Shown here: piece after piece, positions 12,790-25,202 of the stretch
Layout of the letters: each line of letters starts with the position of its first letter
How positions within the stretch are numbered: position 1 is the stretch's first letter
Assembly (NCBI GenBank): GCA_951406725.2
Contig: OX597823.1
Location: forward strand, 71,176,001-71,240,000
Direction: 5' to 3'
Length of the DNA stretch: 64,000 nt
Source of the DNA: Octopus vulgaris
Lineage: Eukaryota
Notes under the pieces: model-generated
Databases searched by the model: none
What the model was told of the DNA's origin: nothing
What the model saw: the letters and a program-made list of their open reading frames with translations, nothing else
Made by a program: the position numbers and the translations under genes

Positions 12790-14080
12790 GCCATATATAC
12801 GTATATTTAGATGTGTGGGAGAGTGTCCGTGAATATGCATGTGTATGGGCGTGTGTGCATGTGTGCGCGTATGGTTTAGGTTATGTTTAATAATAGAATA
12901 ATCTTATATAGGTTATTATTCCTATTCATAAATTTGTTTTAGAGGGGTGTTGGTGTTTTTAATAGTATATTGCTGAGTAGGGAATGTTCCTGTATGTGTG
13001 TGGCTGAGTGTATGTATCTGCTGAATTTGTTACTCCTCTGTGTTGGAGTGTTGCGGTGGGAGTGCGGTTGTGTGTAAGTGATTGTGTGTGTGTGTGTGGG
13101 TGTGCATTGTTTATGTGTAGAAATGTTGTCTTATTTTGGGTGTTTATGTATGTGTGAATGTGTGCGTGTGTGTGTGTTTGTTTGCGTATTTGTGTATGTT
13201 TGTTGCATGCATGTGGTATTTGGAATGTGTGTGTGTGTGTTTGCTTTAAGTATTTATGTATGGTTGTTGTATATATGTGGTATATGGTATTTGGTAGTTT
13301 CTTGCTAAGAATGAAATGTTTCTGTGGGTTGTGGTTGAGTATCTGCGGCTGCTGGATGTGGTGTTTCCTCTGTGTTGTTGTCATGCTGAGTGAGTGTGTT
13401 TATGAATGAGGATTGTATGTGCGTGTGTGGGAGTATGAATAAGTAATGTGTAGAAGTATACGGCTACTTTATTAATTTGTCGTTGCCTAGATGTTTATGT
13501 GTATGTATAGAGATATATATATGGGTGTGTGAGTTAGTGTATGTATTTAGATATGTTTATATATATACTTAGATATATGTGTATGAGTATGTGTGTATAT
13601 ATATTTTATTTTTTGCTTTTTGTTTTTTGAATTTAGATTCTTCATCTTTAAATATGTGAACTTAAATACTAGATTTCATTATATTCAATTGTTTATAGAG
13701 GTTATTTTAGTTCTTGATTATATATAGATTATATATAGATTATATATATATATATTTTTTTTCATTGATGATAAATTTATATTATTTATATTTTTTAGTC
13801 ATTTTAAATTTATATCTTAAAAATATTGATTATTTTTAGATTTGAAAACCACCTGATGAATGTCCTTAGAAGAGACACGAAACAATTGTAGTGGCGAATT
13901 TAATTTTATTTAATTTATATAAAAATTTTTATGTATTGGATTAAGTCTTTCTTTGTTTGATTTGCATAATAGTGGTTTTGTCTCTAATTAATATTATATA
14001 ATATTTTACTATAAAATTGGATTCAATTCTAAATCTGATTTTTCCCTGTAAATTTGGATTTATTCCCTAATATTTATTAT

Positions 14081-14086
<6 letters not shown>
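12790..14086 (+). mobile_element. Probable PLE 3' region: GT-rich then T-rich low-complexity tract, hammerhead, tail and (TA)n
   Basis: Compositional gradient ending in an intact hammerhead at 13849-13894 and a tail that runs into (TA)n at ~14086. Confidence 0.45.
13849..13894 (+). ncRNA. Minimal type I hammerhead ribozyme
   Basis: CCAC-CTGATGA-a-TGTC cttagaaga GACA-c-GAAAC-aatt-GTA-GTGG: canonical core boxes, palindromic stem III ACAATTGT, GUA triplet at 13888-13890. Confidence 0.8.
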
Positions 14087-14135
<49 letters not shown>

Positions 14136-14139
<4 letters not shown>

Positions 14140-14413
14140 TAAAAACGGTAAGATAACAAAAGAAAGAAGGAGACCTCAATATTATGTAAAGAGAGGAAAT
14201 TTATCTATAAAATAATATGTTACATTTACTCAATAGTCAAGATAAACTCTGAGTTTCAGATGCCGAAGTGGAAATCCACAACACCATCTCTTCGGTTATC
14301 TGGCCATCTGGTTTTTCAGATGGCCAGATAACCGAAGAGATGGTGTTGTGGATTTCCACTTCGGCATCTGAAACTCAGAGTTTTATCTTGACTATTGAGT
14401 AAATGTAACATAT

Positions 14414-14422
<9 letters not shown>
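14136..14422. mobile_element. PLE-like terminal fragment with a ~105-bp inverted repeat (14206-14310 / 14317-14422) between (TA)n tracts
   Basis: Near-perfect palindrome with a GTTTTT loop; the minus-strand arm extends into a tail ending at (TA)n. Confidence 0.75.
14326..14388 (+). ncRNA. Type I hammerhead ribozyme (CCGAAGA core variant)
   Basis: AGATAA-CCGAAGA-GATG...(GTGGA ttt CCAC)...CATC-t-GAAAC-tcaga-GTT-TTATCT. Confidence 0.65.
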
Positions 14423-14454
<32 letters not shown>

Positions 14455-14499
14455 AACATACATACACTTACACACCCATATGTATGTGCATATACAAAA

Positions 14500-14922
14500 A
14501 TAATACCTTTACTAATGCTAGCAGCCAGTTAACGTACTGCAACAAAAATATTTGGGCCGAAAAGGAGTAGCAATCCTAGGGTCAAACACAGTGCGTGATC
14601 TGGGGATTTATATGAGCAATGACGCTTCGTTTCATATACTTATCCCCTAGATGGTGGCAATGTGCAGGTGAACGGCCTGATGGGGTCTGAGAAATTTCAG
14701 AACAAGAGACCAGGAAACTATGCTGGTTCTATGGAGGACATTTGCCCTCAACTGTCTGGACTACTGCTCTAAACTGTAGGCAGTGTCAAATTAATAGCGG
14801 AATTTGAGGCAGTTCAGCGGTGCTACACTAGGAAAATTGCATCAATAAGACAGTTGAGCAACCAGGAGAGATTGAAAGAGTTACGACTCTTCTCTCTGAA
14901 GCGACGAGGGGAGAGATATGCA

Positions 14923-14969
<47 letters not shown>

Positions 14970-15440
14970 AAGATTCTAGATGGGTTGGTACCAGCCACCA
15001 AACTGGTGGTCACTGTACTGTTCCCAAGGCCCTAACTATCCCATCTTGTTTGAGGACCGGGCACGCAATAGCTTACGATTCAAACGCCCACAGCTATTTA
15101 ATATCTTACCAAAAAATGTCAGAGATGTACATATATTTGTGTAGATGCTTTCAAAGCACAATTTGATCTCCTAATATCCGAAGTCTCACATGAACCTACA
15201 TCACTAAAAGAAACTCAAAAGAGGGTAGCAATATCAAACTTCCTCCTTTATCAAAAGTTAATCACAAAAGATTAGCCAATGGAAATGTGATAAATACTCA
15301 CGGTGTCCGAGCATAGTTTCGGCTGGAGCGCATAACAGAATTGAACATAGGTTCAATAACTTTTGGCTACATAATGAATTTATATAGTGTTACTCCAGCG
15401 TAGCCTTGACCGTAATGCCTAAAGCAAAGTAAAGCGTAAA
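14500..15440 (+). mobile_element. Degenerate CR1-like LINE 3' portion, same family as 25486-27202
   Basis: Translates to fragments VRDLGIYMSNDASFH, FRTRDQETMLVLWRT and RYAVIY...WKILDGLVP that match the intact RT C-terminus at 25577-26300. Confidence 0.85.
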
Positions 15441-15569
15441 CACAAATGTTTGTACCTATTTTTAATCTGCAACCTCACTCAGTTATACAGCCATGCACAT
15501 CTTATCAGATTATCAGACATGCATGTTTATTTCTCAAAACTTAATCAGTAAAATATTCCAATTTTTCAG

Positions 15570-15797
15570 GTCCGCGCAGCTTTAGCAAAGAAAGTTCGAG
15601 ACCATATGGAAACAAGAAGTGTAACTACAAAATGTACCCACGGATCTCCGAGTCTTCAGAAGTCTTCTCACGAAGACTATCATCTCGTCTCCCTGCGAAT
15701 GGCCAGAGTGAGTCCAGGCGATCAAGATAGCGTTTCCCCGCAATGGGATGCTGAAGAAACGTTATGTATAGATCTGAAAGAAAAAAATGTACAATGA
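15570..15797 (+). CDS. Terminal coding exon, probably the cytoplasmic tail of a class B (secretin/adhesion) GPCR
   Basis: Acceptor TTTTTCAG at 15562-15569; phase-0 open frame VRAALAKKVRDHMETRSVTTK...EKNVQ*; AATAAA overlaps the stop. A VRxALxKK start is typical of helix 8 after the conserved NxE^V intron of class B/adhesion GPCRs. Upstream exons were not found in the window. Confidence 0.55.
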   Translation, partial: VRAALAKKVRDHMETRSVTTKCTHGSPSLQKSSHEDYHLVSLRMARVSPGDQDSVSPQWDAEETLCIDLKEKNVQ

Positions 15798-15904
15798 ATA
15801 AACTTGATAAATTCAGAATTATCTGTGTATGTTTTTCTGATACTTCATATACAATCTCAACCTAAGTTCAAATACATGTTTTAATTATTCACTGGTGTGC
15901 GTGC

Positions 15905-15958
<54 letters not shown>

Positions 15959-15967
15959 GTATATATA

Positions 15968-16003
<36 letters not shown>

Positions 16004-16349
16004 TGTATATATATATACACATATGTATACATGAATTCAGAACAACTAAGAGAAGAGGTGAGATAGTAGATCAACATACATATATAAACTTATAAACATA
16101 CACACATACACATAATCCCCACATACATACATACATACATACATACATACATACATACATACATACATACATACATAATTGTGTACATGCATACATACAC
16201 ATCGGGCAGTCCAGTAGCCTGATTCACTGCACTTTCCTAGGCAGAGAGTGTAGCTGCTTCTTCACAATAGTCACTCTGGTGGGTTATTGTTATTTGCACA
16301 ACAGTGCAAATAATAATAATAATAGTAATAACAGTAATAATAATAATAA

Positions 16350-16888
16350 ATAATGATGCAGTACCATGGCTTCTGATCTTAACTGATTGGAAGAGTTATC
16401 ATGTACATTGTTTTGTCTTGGTATAAAAGATGGGCTACAGCAAATATTCTGCTCAATACCACAGATTTGCTTGTCAGTTGATTGACCTTAACCAGTTGAG
16501 CATGTCCCTTGGTGGTTGACGATATGTGCATCTCTGATCACGAGCAGAAGTAGTGGCGGAGCATCATAGCCATGTGTTGAGAGGGATTCTTTGGGGTTTG
16601 AATAATTCACCTCTGGAAACATGGGTGGTTCTTTCAATATCCTTAAACAACCATTATACAGGGACCTTTTGAGCGGGATGGGCTACCCAACCTGAAGAAA
16701 ATTCTAACTGGGCCCCACCTGCAAGGTCATGTGCTGTTTATCTTGATATGAGATCACCATATCGCGTACATATGGTTGTGATGCATGTGCCTGGTGTACT
16801 CTTATCAGACGGGTAGTCATGATGGGTATATTGGGCTTCGTATATTTTACCCCAGTGTCACTTTGATGGCATGAACTGCTCTCTCACT
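16350..16888 (+). mobile_element. Non-LTR retroelement 3' UTR embedded in (AAT)n (Dong/R4-like targeting)
   Basis: Flanked by (AAT)n on both sides, with a long (AAT)n tail at 16889-17030; partial second copy at ~19358-19573. Confidence 0.55.
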
Positions 16889-16889
16889 C

Positions 16890-16953
<64 letters not shown>

Positions 16954-16977
16954 GTAATAATAATAATAATAATAATG

Positions 16978-17029
<52 letters not shown>

Positions 17030-17031
17030 TA

Positions 17032-17443
17032 ACTCTTTTACTCTTACTTGTTTCAATTATTTGAGTGCGGCCATGCTGGAGCACTGCCTTTAGTCGAGCA
17101 ACCGACCCCAGGACGTATTCTTTGTAAGCCTAGTACTTATTCTATCGGTATTTTTTGCCGAACTGCTAAGTTACGGGGTCGTAAACACACCAGCATCGGT
17201 TGTCAAGCCATGTTGGGGGGTGGGGACAAACACAGACACACACACACACACACATATGTACATATACATATACATATATATGACGGGCTTCTTTCAGTAT
17301 CCGTCTAGCAAATCCACTCACAAAGCTTTGGTCAGCCCGAGGCTACAGTAGAAGACACTTGCCCAAAGTGCCACGCTGTGGGATTGAACCCGGAACCATG
17401 TGGTTGGTAAGCAAGCTACTTACCACACAGCCACTCCTGCGCC

Positions 17444-17444
<1 letters not shown>
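17032..17444 (-). mobile_element. SINE family A copy inserted in (AAT)n
   Basis: Homologous to 10387-10825. Confidence 0.9.
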
Positions 17445-17497
<53 letters not shown>

Positions 17498-17532
17498 CAA
17501 CAATAATAATAATGATAATAATAACAACAACG

Positions 17533-17588
<56 letters not shown>

Positions 17589-17591
17589 CAA

Positions 17592-18130
17592 TTCTTTTAT
17601 TAGCCTCAAGGGCTCACATACAATAACATTAAATGACATGACACAGACATAAAAGACAACACAAACTGATACAATGGGTTTTATAGCGTGTAAACAATAT
17701 ATATACTGATTAAGAATTAAAAAAAATTAAAACTCTCAATAGGGAAGGCGCTTTCAGATCCTCATGGAAAACCCCACAAAAGCAAGAGCTCTCTTTTGTT
17801 ATTTCTCACAGGTGTACGCTCAGAATTGGCCCTTTCACATTTGCCATTCTTCCAGTATTCACTCATCTTTCAACAAACTTACTAAAAGGCAACACTTACC
17901 TCTCTATCCCCAACTTCCTTTGCAAGTGAAACTTGAAAAAGTTGAAGAGGGCTTGGCCAAAGAGGAAAGTGTCTGACTTTAGCCCTTTCAGACGAGTCCA
18001 TCATACTACCTCTTTCGCTACAGCCACCAGACAGATAAAAACTGCCTACCCCTCCCAAAGGAGGACGGTGAGGCAATCTTCACTATGGATTCAGCTGATA
18101 GCAGATGCGTCCAACACGTGACAGCAGGTG
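17592..18130 (-). mobile_element. Tx1/L1-like LINE 3' remnant
   Basis: Minus-strand VAVAKEV..WTRLKGLKSDTFLFGQALFNFF resembles VATAIGAIWRTRMKGLVSGIFIFDQGLVNLF at 42300-42400; tail GAGCCCTTGAGGCTAATAAAAG. Confidence 0.65.
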
Positions 18131-18156
18131 TTCGACATAAACCTATAGGTTAGCAA

Positions 18157-19350
18157 TGTGGTGTGTTTTGTAACGAGAGTCGCAGAAGTCGTTGAGACGA
18201 GATATTGTTTGGTACGTGTTTTGTCTAATTTATATTTGTATTGTTATAACCTTGTTATAAGTCAAAGTTATGAAGTGACATATACAGTGAGTTCAAAGAA
18301 GGACATAACAGTGTCGACGAGACACAATAGGGGCGATGAGATATTCGAAGCTCACAGTGGACGTTCTGAGCATGGAAGACACAATAGCTTCCGTGGTTCA
18401 GTTGCAACGGCAACTACAGCAACAACAAGAGCAGCAGCAGCAACAGTTGTAGTGGCAACTATGACAACAACAACAATAACAGAAGCAGCAAGAAAATGTA
18501 TAACGGCAACTACAACAATAATAACAATAAAATCAACAGTTGTTGGAATTATTGTTTCAGTCAAATGCACTTCAGGTTCGTTTTCTGTAGACGCATTTGC
18601 AAAATCAATTGAAAAATTCACACATAATCCAGAAGAAAAGATTACGTTTTCTGCATACTTCAGAAGCTATGAAGGAATCTTCAAGGAAGAGTGTAAAAGC
18701 TGGACGGACGAAAAGAAGGTATGTTTTCTTTTAAGGAAATTATCACCAGCAGAACATGTAAAGTTTTGTAATTACATCATGCCGAGAAAACCATCCGAAA
18801 TTTGTTTCGAGAAAACAATTAAGCTATTATCTAAAATATTCAGTGAAAGAAGTTCACTATTTAATATTTGCTGAGAGTTTGGAAAAAAAAAAAGAAACAA
18901 AAGATTTCGTCACGTATGCCGGAATCATGGAGAATGGGAAAAATTTTAAATCGACGAATTAAGCCCGGGCATGTTTAAATGTTTAATCTTCGTACAAGGA
19001 TTAACGGTAAATAAAGGTGTAGAGATAAGGGCTCGAATATTGAAAAAGCTTGGACAAGATTCAAAATTAACTCTACAAATAATGTCTGAAGAATGCCAAA
19101 GAATTATAAATCTACGACAGGACGCAGAAAAAAATGGAAAAAGATTATTCAAATATACATCTTGTCGACCGGTAACAGATACGAGAAAAGAAAAACAACG
19201 GTCAATACTAAAACTACGTTATGGATGTGGAGAAATACATTTCAAAAGAAACTGTCCTTTTAAGAATCTGAAATGTTTTGGATGTGGGAAAATTAGACCC
19301 AAAAATTCACAATGTTGGGTGAAACAAAAAAGGTTGAACGAAAAAAAGTT
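18157..19350 (+). mobile_element. Ty3/Gypsy LTR retrotransposon fragment: short 5' LTR, PBS-like site and disrupted gag (K02A2.6-like)
   Basis: TG...CA segment 18157-18310 then GTGTCGACGAG; gag-like FSAYFRSYEGIF...LLRKLSPAEH...FKCLIFVQGL and two degenerate CCHC knuckles (YGCGEIHFKRNC, CFGCGKIRPKNSQC). Confidence 0.85.
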
Positions 19351-20089
19351 GAGAGAAATTCTTTTGGATTTGAATAATTCACCTCTGGAAAAAAGGAGTG
19401 TTTTGTTCATCATCCTTAAACCATCCTTTATTCAGGGACCTTTTTAGTGCTACGGACTACTCGACCTGAACAAAATTCTAACTGAGCCCCACTTAAGAGG
19501 TTATAAGCTGTTTATCTTGATATGATATCACCATGTCGCACACATATGGTTGTGATGCATATGCTTGGTGTACAAGGGCTCGGGAACAGAGGTGCAAGGA
19601 GTGCACTTGTAACCCTAGAATTTTTAAGGGGTGCAAAATCAAAATTTGAACCCCCTACATAGCTTTGCCAGTTTGAGAAAATAGTGACTAAAAATTGATT
19701 TGTAAATGTTGCTCGAAGTTAGATTTCGCTTCAAAATAAAAACAAAGGACAAACATAAATTCCGAAATATGATGAAGCTGGTCATAAAATTCCCAAGGAC
19801 ATTTACGACCAAACGACCAACTTCTGAACGAAAGCAGTATCAACAACAGCAGTTGGCAACAACAGCAGCAGCAACAACAACAACAACATGACCAGCATCC
19901 ACGGCTACTCCTCAATACATAGCATTAATTGGATTATTGAAGACAGCTTTATTCTGAAATCAATTCGCACTCCGTTAAAAATAGCTTCGAAGTCATGCAA
20001 TGCTGAAAATGTTGGAAGGTTCTTATCCTCTCTCTATCTGTCAATACATTTCTCTATTTGCCGAAGGCAAATGATGTAGCGGGAAATTC

Positions 20090-22830
20090 GGTGAGGAGGT
20101 GGCAAGGATGACCACCAAATTTAAAGGGAACAACGAACAAAAGCTCGAAATCTTGGTTAATATAATATATCAGGAAGGAAAGAAAAGATTTGGCCTTGAA
20201 ACAACAGGGAATGGAGAATCATCAGCAAAGGTGGGGACCATTGAGGAGAAAAAGGCGGATCGCAATGATACGAGAAGAAAAAACGCAGAAACAGAGAGAG
20301 GGATGCAAAGGAGGAGGAAAGAGAAAGGTTAAAACAGCTGTATAGAATGATAAGAAAGGGGCATCGAGAACAAGAAAGAAAAAGAAAGAAAAACAGAAGA
20401 AAGGAGAGAGAAAAGAACGTTCGTAGTTTTGTAAACAGCTCATATCAATATGCTAAACGTTTGTTTACTGAAAAGTAAGAGCGGAAGACTGGATTGCACT
20501 AAAGAAGAACACCATCTTAAAGGGACATACATCGACGCAGATAGAAATAAAGTACTCCCAGTAATGCTTGGGCTGAAGAAACCACCTGAACCAAGGGTAC
20601 CATTCGAATTGAATGACATCAGACGGAAGAAATTGATGAGTTCATTAGAAAAGTAAGAGCAAAAAGTTCATCAGGGAACAACAGAGTTTGCCACAAGGTT
20701 TATAAGTATTGCCCGAAATTACGTTTACAACTATTTGCACTGATAAGGGAAATGTGGAAGAAGAAAAGCATAGCAGAACGATGGTGTTTAGCGGAAGGTA
20801 TCTGTTTACCTAAACAGAAGGAGGCAAAAACACTAGAGCAATTCAAACCCATTTTCACTACAAAATACCGATAGGAAAATCATGTTTGGAATTATTGCCA
20901 GACGAATTATAAAATTCGTACAGCATAACGGATATGTTAATGAAGCAATCCCTGGATGCATAGAACATGCATTTGCCATCCGGGAAGCTATCAACTGTGC
21001 AAAACAACTGAAGAAAAACCTGCGCATTGTATGGCTAGATCTTGCGAATGCATATGGATCTGTTCCACACGCACTAATTCAAGCAGCTATGGACATCTTT
21101 TGGATTCCAGAAGATGTTCAACGAATGTTCATGTGTTACTACGATAAATTGAGGATGAGATTTACAGCAGAAAAGCTCACAACAAAGTGGCGACGGCTTG
21201 AAGTAGGTATTGCAACTGGATGCACGATTATCAGTCATCTTATTTGTGCTTGCCATGGACATGTTACTAAGATCAACAAACTGTGAGAAATCTGTTACAA
21301 AGACACCATTAAGGGCTTTTATGGACGACGTTACTGTATTATCAGAAAGTAGAGAAGCAGCAGATGGAACCTTAGAGAATGTAATTCAAGGCAAAAAATC
21401 TCGAAGCGTGGCTTTCATGAAAGGAGTCCAAAAAGAAGTGAAATTCAGGATAGAAGGTGAAGATGTACCGGCGGTGAAAGAACAACCAGTAAAGAGACTC
21501 GGCAGTTAGTATAGAGATTTACTAAATGCTAAGAAGCAAAGCAAAGAAACACGATTTAATGGAACAGGGACTAAAGTCAATTGACAGAACAACACTACTG
21601 TGGAAATTCAAATGTTGGATACTGCAATTTTGACTGTATCCAAGGATAATGTGGCCATTGCAAGGGTATGAAATAGCCTCGAGTAGAGTAGAAAGGATGG
21701 AACAAAGATGCAGTGTGTTTATCAGAAAATGGCTTGGTCTTCCAAAACCACTGAATACAACTGCACTATATGGAAAACCCGTGCTGCAACTGCTGATAAC
21801 ATCAATCGCCGAAGAATATAAGGCAGGAAAGTGTTGGGGTTAGGGTTAGGGTTATTCGAAAAGTAAGGTTTTCCAAAGATCAGATGCTAAGGTATTCGAA
21901 AGATCAGAACATCCGAGAAAACCTTTCAAAGGAAATCTAAGGCATGCCGATATAGTCGGAGCGACACATGAAGCAAGAGCCGGTCTAGAGTTGCACAATT
22001 TCAAGCCACATTGCCTGAGCAGTGTAAAAGAGATGAAAGTGGCAGAGATACACAAAGTGTAAAAGGAGGAAAGAGAAAGGCGAAATGTACATTTGGTGCA
22101 ATGCAGTCAACAGAGACAGTGCCTGAGATGGGAGGAATACGTGATCAGGTGCAGAATCTCATGGAAGAAAGTTTTGGCTTGGAAACAAGTAAGAACATCC
22201 TTCCTGATCAAGTCTACCTTCGATGTTTTACCTTCACCGGCGAATTTAGTTCGGTGGAATATACAAACAATTAATGAATGTAGATGCGGAGAGAAACGAC
22301 GGTGAGACATGCTCTGTCAAACTGTAGGCTAGCACTAGACAGGTATAAATGGCGTCACAATCAAGTCCTCCGTGTCATAAGCGCAGCAATCAAGGAGAAG
22401 ATGGGGAGATATATAGTGGGGAGTACCCAAAAGTGGAAAAGCGCGGAAGGAGAAACTTCATGATGGAGGGAATAGGACATAAGGCCAGGCTTTCAGATAA
22501 AGTATTCGAGACAGAAGAAAGATGGAAGGGTTACTGGGAGCTGGCCGCGGTTTTTGAAAGACTGTTAATATTTCCACTTATAAAAACAACAAATTAGACC
22601 GGACTTAATCCTATGGAACAGAACGGAAAATTGGAATTTTGCTTGAGCTGACAGTGCCATGGGAAGAACATCGCTAATGCAGATCAACGGAAGAAGAAGC
22701 GGTATTAGGGATTAATCGAAGGGTGCGGAGAACAGGGATGGACTGTCGAGTACTACCACCTGGCAGTGGGGCTAGAGGCTTCACTGAAAGGAAAATGGTG
22801 ACGCTATTTACATTTTCGAGCTCAGAGCTG
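20090..22830 (+). mobile_element. Degenerate RLE-type non-LTR retrotransposon (Hero-like): RT, CCHC finger and restriction-like endonuclease
   Basis: VWLDLANAYGSVPH, AFMDDVTVL, CRCG...HALSNC, RYKWRHNQVLRVI, RPDLILW, ELTVPWEE and KKKRY motifs spread over many frameshifts. Confidence 0.85.
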
Positions 22831-24529
22831 AGAAAAGTAATAAGGTTGTGGTCGTGGTCGTAGTGAAGAGAGGAGTTCCGGATCTACTCTGCATATTCGT
22901 GCAGAGGAGGATCCCATTCCACCTTTTATCGCTGCCTCTGCGCTTGTTTATTAAGTTGCAGAAGTTAGGGTGTTGGTAGCAGCCATGGTTTAAGGTATTC
23001 AGGTCTCCTCTCGTCCATAGGGCAGACTGCCTTGAAGGGTTTCTTTTCATTCTACTGCAACACGCATTTGCTCATTGTCTTCGAAGTAAGTGTGTGTAAT
23101 CCGGAATATCTGCTACGTCTCCAGGTGGAACCTGGAACTCTAGAATGAAACTCTAGAATTATTGCTATTGGAAAGTGAACTTGAGTGCAATTATCTCGCC
23201 ATGCTTCTACACAATTGCCACCTCTCTAAGTTGGTCCTTGTGAGATGACACATTGGTGACCCGTGCTTTCATCACTTGTCTTTCCAGATATGAGGTCAGA
23301 ATTTCCAGATATGAGGTACGCTTGTATTCCCCTGGGGGAATACAAGCGTACTAGCTTCCACTTTATGTTGTAAACAGCAACAACTCCGTGTTAAACCACA
23401 TTTCTTGCAAGCATTTTCCAATTTGTGCTGGATTGAGATACTGTAGTTTTCTTTCCATATTGTTTATGCATTTTATAGACAATGGGTTTCTTTTGAACGA
23501 TTTTTACCTCAGTGATTGTAAGTTTCATCAATCACGGCGGAGTAACATCACTTTTATATTTTCACCATATCTTTCCTTGTGATCGCGTGACTATTTAGTG
23601 CACTCAGTACTGCTTCTATCAGCAAACGAAATCCATACACTCTGGTCTTGTTGTTGTCGTTAACATTCTTATTTTCATTGCCGTCGTTGTCGTTGTGGTT
23701 CTTGTTGTTGATTCGTCTTTCAAAAGCACCACCCTGCCTCTCTAACTTTCTTTTCCTATTTACGCATTCTTGCACTCCCTCTCCTTTACATTAAAGAGAG
23801 GTGAATAATATTTCTCCATAAACGTCAATGTTTGAGAAAATGAATCTATTCAAAATTACACTGCTTTCTTTAGCACAGTTTTCTAGCTATAAGGTAAATT
23901 CGTGCAACAAATTGCTTCTAGGTCTTAAATTTTCAAAATTAATGATGCTAATTTATGTTGATTTTTCAGTATTGATTTCGCGTGCGGAAATGGTACTTTC
24001 AATATCCATAACAATCTTTTAGATTTAACTTAACAATTTTTTAAATTTGTAATTTGGCCGGTAATTGATGAATGTAAAAACAGATTAGCATCATTCGATA
24101 TGGAACTTATCTTTAATTTTTTAATTTACAACCGTGTTTCATAAGCATTAATAAGATATAAATCCTGATTTTTTTTTCAAAATTTTAACCCTCTTGTTAT
24201 TTGAAATGTTGTTTCTCGTTCTTAGGAATAGTACTTCTGTTGATCAAATATGGTTATTAGGACGGGCGTTCTTTTTCGCCAAATACGCTGTTTTTTAATC
24301 GTACTTTTCATTTCATTTGCATTCTTTTGTTTCGGTTTTGGTTCATTAGTTGCTTAGAAATAAATCGTGTATAGCTATGGAGAGATCGGTTCATATGAAT
24401 AATTTGACCTCCGAAATACTGTGATAACATAGGGAAACAGGCGGTCAGTTGTAGTTCCGAATGTAAATTAATAATTATATACAAGGTTCAAAAGATGTTT
24501 TCAGATTTCTGTTGATGTGTGCTCTTAAT

Positions 24530-24572
<43 letters not shown>

Positions 24573-24587
24573 CATATATATATATGC

Positions 24588-24860
24588 AGGGTGTCCCAGA
24601 ATTAACTATCTATTTCAATGATATCTGGCAAATTTAAAAAAAAAATATATGACAGAATTTTATGTTTATTACTTAATTATGATACCAAAACAAATATATT
24701 TACGAATCTTATGTCAAAACTTTATTGAAAATTTTGAACATGTGCTCCGTCTGTATCCCTGCGAATTGCAAATCTATTCTTAGCGTGCGAAACACAATTT
24801 GAAGCATTTCAGGAGTTATCACCTGCACTGCTAACTGAATGTGTTGTTTAAGTTCAGCTA
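24588..24860 (-). mobile_element. Tc1-like transposon end fragment
   Basis: CAGGGTGTCCCA terminus as at 47097; C-terminal transposase-like ELKQHIQLAVQVITPEMLQIVF. Confidence 0.6.
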
Positions 24861-24863
24861 AGC

Positions 24864-25202
24864 AAGTGGTCATCAACCGGGGTCCAAATGACCCTCGAGG
24901 ATCTAGCAAAATAGCAAATTGGGGATCAAGTGTTATTTTAGGGGTTCATGAAAAGTTTAAATGTGTGTATTACAAGAAACAGCTAGGTTTCTTTCTCTAA
25001 TATTTTACATAGTTCACTCTATACAAGGGAATGAGTGAATAAGAAAATAGGAATTTTGAAAGGTACCCACAAAATTAACTTTTAAACATGGAACTGTTAT
25101 GGAAGCCCAGCAGATTAAAATAGAAAACAAAGGGGTCTACCAGAATGAAATAGTAATCATAGGGGTCGTCCATAGCTAAAAAAAAATGGTTGAGAACCAC
25201 TG
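24864..25202. mobile_element. hAT-like MITE
   Basis: Termini AAGTGGTCATCAACC / GGTTGAGAACCACTG; near 8-bp TSD AGCTAAGC / AGCTAAAC. Confidence 0.6.

Noticed and set aside
16847-17652. Poly-L, poly-I and poly-N ORFs
   Set aside because: Translations of (AAT)n tracts.
18158-18580. N-terminal part of the 238-aa ORF as a host gene
   Set aside because: It is read-through of the LTR and an (ACA/GCA)n low-complexity region into Gypsy gag.
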